Source: Mobula hypostoma | Taxonomy: Eukaryota | DNA: 64,000 nucleotides | Assembly (NCBI RefSeq): GCF_963921235.1 | Contig: NC_086097.1 | Location: 97,094,001 to 97,158,000 of the forward strand | Direction of reading: 5' to 3' | Shown: piece after piece, positions 12,543 to 24,090 of the stretch | Position numbering within the stretch: the stretch's first letter is position 1 | How the letters are laid out: the number at the start of each line of letters is the position of its first letter | Notes under the pieces: model-generated | Told to the model about the DNA's origin: nothing | Databases searched by the model: none | The model's input: the letters and a program-made list of their open reading frames with translations, nothing else | Translations under genes and position numbers: made by a program

Positions 12543-12859
12543 GCTGGAGGAACACAGCAGGGCAGGTGAATTGTCCTGTGATTTGTCTGACATTAAACAG
12601 GTGGACCGCTGGGTGGTGTGGCCTTTTGGGCCAGAAGGATCTGTCTGCACTCTTATCTCCAAATAAAATAGAATCAATAAAAGATAGAATCCAGGTAACT
12701 GGTGCCATGAAGCAGTAACTCTACTGGCCTCAGCGTGGTGCCATACCAGGAATCAAGGACTAATCCCTGCACTTGTTGGTGCCCAAGACAATTTTTAAAA
12801 ACTTTTTAAAAATACTTTTGCTGTCACACCAACCCTCCCAAGACTTGAGCAACACTCAC

Positions 12860-13024
12860 ACATTTGGCTCCTGGCTGACTTCAGGATCTTTTTGGAATTA
12901 TACCTCACCGTCCAGCAGTCTTCATTCAGTTTGTAGTAGCGTGACTTCATCCATGAGCTGGATTTGATCTTCAGCATGTGAGTACCCTTGAGCATGACTT
13001 GAATATCGTTGTCATTCTTGAGGC
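12860..13024 (-). CDS. Phospholipase C-delta family exon, N-terminal half of PH domain
   Basis: Acceptor cccaag|GC, donor ATGT|gtgag, 165 nt. Translates GLKNDNDIQVMLKGTHMLKIKSSSWMKSRYYKLNEDCWTVRYNSKKILKSARSQM, recognisably like PLCD1 [37 protein letters not shown]. Confidence 0.93.
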
Positions 13025-14146
13025 CTTGGGAGGAACACGGAGAGGATGCATCTGATGGAGAGATGGCAGTATGGAAGTGGAGGGTGCGGAGAGTGGGTAG
13101 TGAAGGGGAAGTGGAAGGGAGGGAAGGAGTGATGGAACAGACAAGTGGAGAGTGAGGATCTGGTGAGGCAGGGGTAAGTAGTCAGGAGTTAGGAAGGTAG
13201 GGGAGAACAGTGGAGGACAGAGGAAGGGTGTTAATGGGTAGGAGAGGGGAAGGTATTGCAATGAGTGGGATAGAACACCAGAGCACACCACAGGCCCTTC
13301 AGCCCACAGTATTGTGTCAAACTTTTAACCTGTTCTAAGATCAATATAACCCTTTCCCCAGATAGAGCACTCCCTTTTTCTATCATTCATGTGCTCTGTC
13401 CAGGTATTTCTTAAATGTACCTAATGTATCTGCCTCTATCACAACCCCTGGGGTGGTTCCCCACACACACCACTCTCTGTGTACACTCCCTGCTATTTGC
13501 CATTCCCTCCCTGGGAAAATATCTCTGGCTATCCACTCGATCTATGTTTGTTATGACCTTGTACACTTCTCTCAAGTCCCCTCTCACCGTCCTTCACTCC
13601 AAAGAGAAAAGCCCTTGTGTGCTCACCCTGTCCTCATAAGACTACATGAGGATGGGTTAAACTAGCCCAGGCAGCATCCTGGTGAATCTCCTCTGCACAA
13701 TCGATATGAAAGTTGGGGGGGGAGGATTGGAAGCTTTCAACTGAACTTGGAGGAACTCCATGGTGTCTTGGGGAGAATGTACAAACTCCTTACAGAGAGC
13801 AGTGGAACTGCACCCTGATCGGAGATCACTGGCCCTGTGGAGCGTCGCACTAACTGCTTCTCCACTGTGCCGTACCAGTGGCAAGGGGAGTGAGATAATT
13901 AATGTGGGTGGGAGATTGCAGGTAAACAAAGGATCTGTGAGGTCATGACGTGTCATTGAGAGATCTGCACAGAAACAGGCCCTTCAACCCACCATTTCAA
14001 TGATGTCATCTATACTAACCCCAGAAATCAGCATTTGATCAGTAGCCTTCTACAACTTGGATATTCCAGTGCCCCAAAGTCTTTGGAACACAGCCCCCTT
14101 TATATAAAAAAAGATACAGCAATTGTGTCTATACATTTATTTTTAC

Positions 14147-15626
14147 CTTCATCAACTTCAGAAGATTGTGGATTCCAGCCTTCTGTGTTTCCTCCAGGAC
14201 CAAACGATTCCTCTTTCCATTTCCCTACTTTCTTTGACCCATCTTCAGGCACCAGTTCCCTAAACCTGAGAACTCTTCTCCAGGCCCTGCGTTGTCCCCT
14301 TCCAATCCTCTGCCCTACTCTTGGCTGTCTCCTTTGGAGTTTTGTCTGCCACTTTCTCATGCGCTTACTCTCTCCAGCCGACTCCTCCAGGGAGCTCTTT
14401 CTCTTGCCCAATTTTATTCCCCTCCTCATGCCCACTTGCACATTGGTGAAGTCACCCAACCCACCCCCCAGCCTCTCTTCATCCTTCTGCTCCTGCTGAT
14501 CTCTGATGGTTGCTTTGCCCTCCCGTCCATTTTCCTCCCTCTCATCCTCTCGATTCCAGTGTTCGTCCACTGGGCTCAGCTCCAGTTCAGTCACCTCTAT
14601 TTGGGTATGCCCAAGAGCCGGTTCGGGACTTGGCCCTCGATCTTCCGGAGCCGGTTCGGGACTTGGCCCTCGATCTTCCGGAGCCGGGTCGGGACTTGGC
14701 CCTCGATCTTCCGGAGCCGGGTCGGGACTTGGCCCTCGATCTTCTGGACCCGAGTCAGGTCTTGGCCCTCGATCTTCTGGAGCCGGGTCGGGACTTGGCC
14801 CTCGATCTTCCGGAGCCGGTCTGGGGCTTGGCCCTCGATCTTCCGGAGCCGGGTCGGGACTTGGCCCTTGATCTTCCGGAGCCGGGTCGGGACCGAGCCC
14901 TCGATCTTCAGGAGCCGGGTCGGGACCGAGCCCTCGATCTTCCGGAGCCGGTCCGGGACTTGGCCCTCGATCTTCCGGAGCTGGGTCGGGACTTGGCCCT
15001 CGATCTTCTGGAGCCGGGTTGGGACCGAGCCCTCGATCTTCCGGAGCTGGGTCGGGAACGAGCCCTCGATCTTCCGGAGCCGGTCCGGGGCCGAGCCCTC
15101 GATCTTCCGGAGCCGGTCCGGGACCGAGCTCTCGATCTTCCGGAGCCGGTGCGGGACCAAGTCCTGGATCTTCCGGAGCCGGTTCGGGGCTTGGCCCTGG
15201 ATCTTCCAGAGCTGGGTCGGGACTTGGCCCTCGATCTTCCGGAACCGGTCCGGGGCCGAGCCCTCGATCTTCCGGAGCTGGTCCGGGACCGAGCTCTCGA
15301 TCTTCCGGAGCCGGTGCGGGACTAAGCCCTTGATCTTCCGGAGCCGGATCGGGACTTAGCCTTCGATCTGCCAGTCCCTGTGATGAGATCCCCTGCTCAT
15401 TTCCTCCATCTCCTGATTCTATACTCCCCTCCTCCATATTCTGGCTTCTAACCTTGGACTGCGCTTTGCAATCCACTGGCTGAGCTGTGTCAATTACATG
15501 CTTGGCCTTCACAGCTTGGTGGCGCTTCTTGGCGAAATTCTGGTAGGCCCACCAGCCAATGATGATGGTAGCACTGCCTATCGACAGGCCAAGGACCACC
15601 CGCCTGTTTAGTTTGCAGAATTCCAT
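14147..15626 (-). CDS. PLC-delta-like gene, putative first coding exon: signal-anchor-like helix, 23x 11-aa repeat, basic region
   Basis: ATG at 15626 (MEFCKLNRRVVLGLSIGSATIIIGWWAYQNFAKKRH). Frame open for 493 codons + 1 nt to donor GAAG|gtaaaa at 14147/14146. Phase 1 matches the next exon (G|GC = Gly). Confidence 0.7.
14610..15368 (-). repeat. 33-bp coding minisatellite, 23 units (consensus peptide DRGPSPDPAPE)
   Basis: Units counted in the translation from DRRLSPDPAPE to DRGPSPEPALG. All are exactly 33 bp with no frameshift. Confidence 0.97.
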
Positions 15627-16607
15627 AGATTTTGTGCGTAATTCTAAGAAAATCTTGACGAAGCAGCTCAGCACCTCAAGGAGACTAGCCTCTCCGTCTG
15701 CACTCAGATGAACTGCACTCAGCCTGCAGTTTCTTGTGGTCAGTTACTGGATCATAATGACATCACAATCTACCTCATCATGATCAAGCATGTGACTTTT
15801 GGAAAATGCAGGTTGTTACGGACACAACTGAGCACATCACAGAAATCTTCCTCTCCTCCTTGGAATCTTCTACATTTCTCACTGCCTCAGAAAAAGAGCC
15901 GGCACAATCAAAGACCCCTCCCATATTCTGTCTTATCCCCCCCTCCCGTCGGGCAGGAGATAGGAAAGCACAAAAATACTTTCCAACAGGCTCGAGGATA
16001 GCTTCTACCCCGTCCGTCATTGAATTTAGGACAGACACAGTAGGAACAATTAAACTCTTGATAGGTACATGGATGAGGGAGAGACTGAGGGCCACGTAGG
16101 AGGGAAGGGTTACATAGATCTTGGATCAGGATAAACTATCAGAACATTGTGGGCTGAATGGCCTGTATTGTGCTGTAATGTTCTGTGTTCTGTTGAATGT
16201 TCCTCTACTGTGATAAGATGGACTGTTGACCTCACAATGTCAATTGTTATAATCTTGCACCTTATTGTTTTCCAGCACTGCACCTCAATGGAGCAGTTAC
16301 ACTTTATTCTGCGTTCTGTTATTGTTTTACCTTGTTCTACCTCTACACTGTGTGATGTTTTGATCGGTATCAACAGTTTGCAAGTCAGGCTTTTCACTCT
16401 ATCTCAGTACATGAGACAATAATAAACCAACACCAAATAGTGAAAGTAAAGAATGAAGCCTCTAGTGACTGGTGTTTGTTGGGAGGGGGAAAGGAGGTGT
16501 TCATTTTCATTTCAACATGGTAATTTTGTGGCCATGCTTCCTGTGAGTGCCCCTCACTCTCCCTTGACCATGACTCTGAGGCAATGCTGATAATGGAATT
16601 CCTTGTT

Positions 16608-17332
16608 CTACTGGATATCACCGTACATTCTGTCTTTTTGCAATTGATAGATAGACCCATTTTTGCACTTTCTTCAACAACTATATCAATTAAGTTTTGC
16701 AGTTCTTCCTCCGTATTTGCAATTAACACAGTGTCATCTGCATATCTGAAATTATTGATGTTTTCACCACCAACTTTGATTCCCAAGATGTCTCTTATTT
16801 TTTGTAATATTGTTTCACTGTACACATTAAACAAATCAGGGGAGAAAACACACCCTTGTCTATCTATCAATTGCAAGAAGACAGAATGTATGGTGATATC
16901 CAAAAAGAAGGAGAATCCTATCTGCAGGCTGAGAATAAACGGGGAAGACATAAAACAAGTACAGAGCTTTTGCTACTGAGGAATCTGGGTGAAATCAGAT
17001 GGCAGGTGCGACATGGACATCAAAGAAGAATAGGGATGGCAAACGACACCTTTACGAGAATGAAGAGTATACTGACCAACACTAAACTAGGCATGACAAC
17101 CCACCTCAGAGTACTGAAATGTTACGCTTATCCAGTTCTGTAATATGGCTCAGAATGTTGGACAATATCTAGTAACATAGGGAAACAAATTGAAGCAGCA
17201 GAGATGTGGTTTTTGAGGAGGATGCCAAGAATATCATGGACAAAACGAATATCTAATAAGAATGTCATGAACAGAGCAAGCACAAAAAGAGAAATAATGT
17301 ATGAGATCATGATCATGCAACGTAACTTCATT
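16608..17332. mobile_element. RTE-clade LINE fragment with 5' inversion
   Basis: Minus arm RQGCVFSPDLFNVYSE...NNFRYADD. Plus arm continues with GLSINCKKTECMVI...AAEMWFLRRM. Confidence 0.85.
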
Positions 17333-17427
17333 GGAAACACAAAATTCTCTGCAGATGCTGGGGTCAAAGCAACACGCAAAACACGCTGGAGGAACTCAGC
17401 AGGTCGGGCAGCATCCATAGAAATGAA

Positions 17428-17465
17428 CAGTCAACGTTTCGGGCCAAGACCCTTCATCAGGACTG
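17428..17465 (-). ncRNA. Minimal type I hammerhead ribozyme motif in a Penelope pLTR
   Basis: CAGUC-CUGAUGA-AGGG-ucuugg-CCC-GAAAC-GUU-GACUG: stem I CAGUC/GACUG, intact core, stem II GGG/CCC, palindromic ACGU stem III. Confidence 0.8.
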
Positions 17466-17885
17466 AAGAGGGAGGGGGCAGGGGCGCTATAAAGAAGGTG
17501 GGGGGAGGGTGGGAAGGAGAAGGCTGGTAGGTGCCAGGTGAAAAACCAGTAAGGGGAAAGGTCAAGGGGTGGAGGAGGGGATAGGCAGGAATGGTGAAAA
17601 AGGAACAGGGAAAAGCACAATGGGTCGTAAAAGGAGGAGGAACCATGAGGGAGGTGATAGGCAGCTGGGGGAGGGGACAGAGTGAAACTGGGATAAGGGA
17701 AGGGAGGGGGAGGGAATTACCAGAAGTTGGAGAATCCAATGTTCATGCCCAGGGGCTGGAGACTACCCAGACGGTATATGAGGTGTTGCTCCTCCAACCT
17801 GAGTTTAGTCTCACCATGGCAGCAGAGGAGGCCATGTATGGACATATCTGAATGGGATGGTGAAGCAAGTTAAAGTGGGTGGCAA

Positions 17886-18035
17886 TTATTATTGATATAT
17901 TGTTTAGCATTGTTAATCAGTTATTTGGCAATTTAATTCCTCATTGTACATATTGACATATTGACTTAATTACTTTAATGTATTTTTTGTTGATCTTCAA
18001 TAATAATTACTAAAAAAGATTTAAAAATGAAAATG
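17886..18035 (+). mobile_element. Short AT-rich retroposed insert with 13-bp target-site duplication
   Basis: aagtgggtggcaa at 17873-17885 and 18036-18048 flanks 150 bp ending in (aaaatg)-type repeats. Confidence 0.75.
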
Positions 18036-21000
18036 AAGTGGGTGGCAACCGGGAGATCCTGTCTGTTCTGGCGGATTGAGTGGAGGTGCTCGACGAAGCG
18101 GTTCCCCAATCTGCGTCGGGTCTCACCGATGTAGAGGAGGCCGCACCGGGAGCACCGGATGCAATAGATGACCCCAACAGACTCACAAGTGAAGTGTTGC
18201 CTCACCTGGAAGGACTGTTTGGGGCCCTGAATGCTGGTGAGAGAGGAGGTGGAGGGTCAGGTGTAGCACTTACGCTTACAGGGATAAGTGCCGGGTGGGA
18301 GATCCGTGGGGAGGGACGTGTGGACCAGGGAGTCACGGAGGGACCGATCCCTGTGGAAAGTGGAGAGAGGTGGAGAGGGAAAGATGTGCTTAGTGGTGGG
18401 GTCCTGTTGAAGGTGGCGGAAGTTGCGGAGGATAATGTGCTGGATCCGGAGGCTGGTCGGCTGGTGGGTGAGGACAAGGGGAACTCTGTCCCTGTTGTGG
18501 TGACAGGAGGATGGGATGAGGGCCGAACTGTGGGAAATGGAGGAGATGCGGGTGAGGGCATCATTGATGATGGCAAAAGGGAAACCATGATCCTTAAAGA
18601 AAGAGGACATTTGAGATGTCCTGGAATGGAACCCCTCATCCTGGGAGCAGATGCAGCAGAGATGGAGGAACTGGGAATAGGGAATAGCATTTTTGTACGT
18701 GGCAGGATGGGAAGAGGTATAGTTGAGGTAGTTATAAGAGTTAGTGGGCTTATAGAAGATGTCAGTGGACAGTCTGTCTCCAGAGAAGGAGACCGAGATT
18801 GAGAAAGGGGAGAGAGGTCTCTGAGATGGACCAAGTGAATCTGAGGGCAGGGTGAAAGGTAGAAGCAAAGTGGATGAAATTGACGAGCTCAGCATGGGTG
18901 CAGGAAGCAGCACCAATGTAGTCGTCAATGTAGTGAAGGAAAAGTTGGGGAGCAGTACCAGTATAAGTTTGGAGCGTAGTCTGTTCCACATAACCAACGA
19001 AGAGGCAAGCATGGCTGGAGTCCATGCGAGTGCCCACAGCTACACCCTTGGTCTGAAGAAAGTGGGAAGAGCCAAAAGAGAAGTTATTAAGTGTGAGTAC
19101 CAGTTCCGCCAACCGAAGGAGTGTAGTGGTGGTGGGGAACTGGTGAGATCTATTGTCCAGAAAGTAGCGGAGGTCTTTGAGGCCTTCTTGATGGGGAATG
19201 GAAGTGTATAAGGATTGGACATCCATGGTGAAAATGAAGTGGTTGGGACCGGGGAACTGGAAGTCACTGAAGAGGTGGAGGGCATGGGATATATCCCAGA
19301 TGTAGGTGGGGTTTGATTTCCTTCTTCACCTTTCCTCCCTATCCTCTCCTTGCTTCCCCTCCCCCATCCCTTGATCTTTCCCCTTACTGGTTTTTCACCT
19401 GGAACCTACCAGCCTTCTCCTTCCCTGCCTTCCCCCCCTCCTTCTTTATAGGGCCCCTGTCCCCTCCCTTTACAGTCCTGATGAAGGGTCTCGGGCCGAA
19501 ATGTTGTCTGTTCGTTTCCACGGATGCTGCCCGACCTGCTGAGTTTCTCCAGCATGTTGTGCGTGTTGCTTTGACCCCAGCATTTGCAGAGAATTTTATG
19601 TTTTGATTCGCTACTCCACTGTGAAGTTTCTTCGAGGTATGCCTACCCTGAAGAAGTTTAAATCTTCCCTTCGACGGGAGTTCAGTGAGACCCTCTCTCA
19701 CTCTGTGATCTCCGCCTCTCTCCAACTCTTCGACCACATCCTGACCCAGACCCGTTACCACAGCCACGTCTCCTTCCTGGGAACGTATCTCCACTGCCAT
19801 CTTGTACCGCAGGGATTCCAGCTCCGGTTCCAGGCCTCCCAGTTCGGGCCCAGCGAGGATCCCAGATACCTCCGTTTCATTGACCGCTGCTCCCGCCGGA
19901 TTCTCCACGCCACGCTCACTGCCATGCGGAGATACCTACGGGCCCTGTCCCTCTCTCTACCACCACTCCGGGCCTCACTCTCCACCGTCTGCCATGGACC
20001 TCTCCTACACTTCATTCTCCGCCGGATTCACACCTCCAACCACCGTTTCTCCTTCCTCCCGTCCAAGAAGGACCACAAGCTCGCCCGTCTGGAGCCCACG
20101 ACGACGACTGGCTCCAGCCCGGACCCCGACTCCTCAGACCCCGACTTCTCAGACCTTCGGCTGGCCGAAGACACATCCACCTCTGACTCTGACCCCGACA
20201 TGGGCAGCAGCCCCCGGTGGGCCATGGACTCACTCGCCTCCGACTCGGACCTCAGTTCAGGTGCCCTGCGGGCCACAGGCTCCGCCACCCCAACTCCAGA
20301 TCCAGCTCAGACCGAGGTCCTGACCCTCTCCAGTGCTCTTACTGTCGCTGGTTCCTACCGCTCGTCTTATTCCTCCACTATCTTCTATCCTCCCCATGAC
20401 TCCCAACCTTCCTTCTACCCCTCATTCCCCTCCATTCCTCTGATCCCTCATCCTCCCCTAACCCCACTCTCCCTGAATATCCCAACCCCACTCTCCCTCC
20501 TGAGACCTCCTACTCTTTACCCTCCTCTGACCCCAGCCCAACCCTTGCCATGTCTTCACCATCCCATCTGACCTTCCCCTCTCTGAAGCAGAATGTTCTG
20601 TCCTTAGCAAGGGCCTCATTTTTGTCCCCCTCCGTCCACACCTCAGTGAACTCCGTGCCCGTCATGATGCTGAACTCTTCTTCCATCGCCTATGTCTCTG
20701 AGCCTACTTCTGTGGCAAGGATTCCCCTCCCGCTTCTGATGACCCATTCTCCCATCTTCAACCCTCCTCTTCCTCCTGGACACCCCGCCCAGGCTTTCTA
20801 TCTGCACTTGATCTTTTCATCTCCAACTGTCGCCGAGACATCAACCGTCTCAACTTCACCACTCCTCTCTCCTGTTCCAACCTCACTCCCTCTGAACGCA
20901 CTGCCCTCCACTCTCTCTGCACTAATCCCAACCTCACCATCAAACCCTCAGTCAAAGGTGGTGCCATAGTAGTCTGGCGGATGGACCTCTACCTCACTGA

Positions 21001-22240
21001 GGTCAAAAGGCAGCTCTCTGATACCTCCTCTTACTTACCCCTGGAACAGGACCCCACCAAGAAACATCAAACCATTCCCTCCCGTACCATCACCACCCTT
21101 ATCAACTCTGGGGACATTCCATCCTCATCCGCTAATCTCATGATTCCTACACCCTGCACTGCTCGGTTTTACCTCCTCCCCAAGATCCACAAGCCTAACT
21201 GTCCCAGTAGACCCATAGTTTCTCCCTGCTCGTGCCCCACTGAACTTGTATCTGCCTACCTGGACTCCATTTTGTCACCCATAGTTCAGTTCCTCCCCAC
21301 CCATATCCGGGATACATCCCATGCCCTCCACCTCTTCAATGACTTCCAGTCCCCTGATCCCGATCACTTCATTTTCACTATGGATGTCCAATCCTTATAC
21401 ACTTCCATTCCCCATCAAGAAGGCCTCAAAGCCCTCCACTACTTTCTGGACAATAGACCTCACCAGTTCCCTACCACTACCCTCCTCCGGTTGGCAGAAC
21501 TGGTACTCACACTTAATAACTTCTCTTTTGGCTCTTCCCACTTTCTTCAGACCAAGGGTGTAGCTATGGGCACTCACATGGGCCCCAGCAATGCCTGCCT
21601 CTTTGTTGGTTATTTGGAACAGTCTATGCTCCAAACCTTCAGTGCTACTGCTCCGCAACTTTTCCTTTGCTACATTGACGACTACATTGGTGCTGCTTCC
21701 TGCACCCATGCTGAGCTCGTCAATTTCATCGACTTTACTTCAAACTTCCACCCAGCCCTCAAATTCACTTGGTCCATCTCGGACACTTCACTCCCCTTCC
21801 TCAACCTCTTGGTCTCCATCTCTGGAGACAGACTGTCCACTGACATCTTCTATAAGCCCACTGACTCTTATAACTACCTTGACTATACCTCTTCCCACCC
21901 TGCCACATGCAAAAATGCTACTCCCTATTCCCAGTTCCTCCATCTCCACCACATCTGCTCCCAGGATGAGGGGTTCCATTCCAGGACATCTCAAATGTCC
22001 TCTTTCTTTAAGGACCGTGGTTTCCCTTCTGCCGTCATCAATGATGCCTTCACCCGCATCTCCTCTATTTCCCGCACTTCGGCCTTCACCCCATCCTCCC
22101 GTCACCACAACAGGGACAGAGTTCCCCTTGTCCTCACCTACCACCCCACCAGCCCCCGGATCCAGCACATCATCCTCCGCAACTTCCGCCACCTTCAACA
22201 GGACCCCACCACTAAGCACATCTTTCCCTCTCTACCCCTC

Positions 22241-23510
22241 TGTCACAATGGCGGGGCATTGAGAGCAAGGGTGGACCCAAATGCAAGACACATATTGTGA
22301 GGTTACTGAGATATAGTTTATTGTTCGATACCAGGAGAGCAAGGCAGGAGCAGGAGTAGCAAACTGGACAAGGACTCACGACTACGACTCGGCTGGGACC
22401 AAGGGTCTGGGCTTGGACTCGGAATCGGCTCCCAGAACTAGAGGAGCCATGAAGAACCTAGGATATGGACTCCGAGCCCGAGACTGGACAAGGATCCAGT
22501 ACCTGGGTCTTGCCTCAGGCTTGGACCCCAGAACCAGGCAAGGACATGATATGGGCTAAGGAGAGGAGGAACGTGGGAACACAGAGCCTCGGTTGCGGGG
22601 AGCAGGTACATGGAAAAATGGACACATACACAGAACACAGAGTCGGGACCCCTCCTTGGGTACAGGACATAGGGCCGGGACTCATGACCCTCTGTGGGGC
22701 AACGGCAAGATGGTCTGACTTACCCCACGGAGGCGAGGACAAGACAAGACAGAACATGACCCCCCGTGGGGCAACGACAAGATGGCCTGACTTACCCCAC
22801 AGAGGCAAGGACAAGACAAGCCAAGACCAGCACGAATGAACACCAGACAGTACCTATCTAGCTCCGGTGATAGAACTAGACCAAAGTGCAGGCGGGGGCT
22901 GCAGACGAGGGCTAGAGGCGAGAGAGGCAGAGAAGGGATTCAGACAAGGGGGTAGGACAGGAATCACAGACACCAGGGCCAGGACTTGACTCAGAACTGG
23001 GAAGCTGCCAGGGCCGGGACTTGGTGCTTGAATGCCGCCAAGACCAGGGCTTGACTTGGAACTTGGATGCCCCCGGAGCCAGGACTTGACTTGGAGCCTC
23101 CGGGTAGTGGCAAGCTCTCGACTCGACCCGGGAACAGTAGACAGCAGTTCTTGATTCCCTCCGGCGGGTTAACTGATGGACCCACCTTGATGAGGAAACT
23201 TCGCAGGCTCACTTCGGTGAGGTAACTGGACTGGGTTGCTCTGGTGAGGAAGGGCGAATTACCAGCACTCGCTTCGGCAGATACTAGGCTTGCTCCAGCC
23301 AAATGGCATCAGTACACCGTACCTTCGATGACTTTGCAGATGCTCCCGCGCCGAACGGCTGAAAGCCGGAGACTATAAACTACCGGTTCAGCCGAGCGTT
23401 AATTGCCTCTAATCACCCAAGCCGAGGGACACGGGAAAACAGGGAATCAACGGTCCGGATCGTAACGTAAACAAGGTAAATTTAAAGGGACCCCGAACCA
23501 GACCATGACA
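22241..23510 (-). mobile_element. Solo LTR, 1270 bp
   Basis: TGTCA...TGACA termini, 5-bp TSD CCCTC (22236-22240, 23511-23515). The Penelope ORF resumes on the far side. Internal two-unit repeat at ~22684-22820. Orientation inferred from AATAAA on the minus strand. Confidence 0.9.
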
Positions 23511-24090
23511 CCCTCTCTGCTTTCCACAGGGTTCGTTCCCTCCGCGACTCCCTGGTCTACACATCCCTCCCCACGGATCTCCCACCCGTCACTTATCCCT
23601 GCAGGCCTAAGTGCTACACCTGTCCCTACACCTCCTCTCTCACCAGCATTCAGGGTGCCAAACACACCTTCCAGGTGAGGCAACACTTCACTTGTGAGTC
23701 TGTTGGGGTCATCTATTGCATCTGATGCTCCCGGTGCGGCCTCCTCTACATCGGTGAGACCCGACGCAGATTGGTGAACCTCTTCAACGAGCACCTCTGC
23801 TCCATCCCCCACAACAGGCAGGATCTCCTGGTTGCCACCCACTTCAACTCTGCATCACATTTCCATTCGGATATATCCATACACGGCCTCCTCTACTGCC
23901 ATGATGAGGCCAAACTCAGGTTGGAGGAGCAACACTTCATATACCGTCTGGGTAGTCTCAGCCCCTTGCTATGAAAATTGAATTCTCCAACTTCTGATAA
24001 TTCCCTCCCCCTCCCTTCCCCCACCCCCAGTTTCACTCTGCCCCCTCCCCCAGCTGCCTATCACCCCCCTCATGGTTCCACCTCCTTCTT

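Noticed and set aside
12203..12718. His/Thr- and Cys/Val-rich ORFs (also 55398-55908)
   Set aside because: Translations of (CA)n/(TG)n microsatellites.
14292..15359. Long ORFs in other frames and strands over the 33-bp repeat
   Set aside because: By-products of a stop-poor repeat with a period divisible by 3. Only the 15626 frame has unique flanks and a phase-compatible donor.
14610..15368. CRISPR-like array
   Set aside because: Head-to-tail repeats with no unique spacers, in eukaryotic context.
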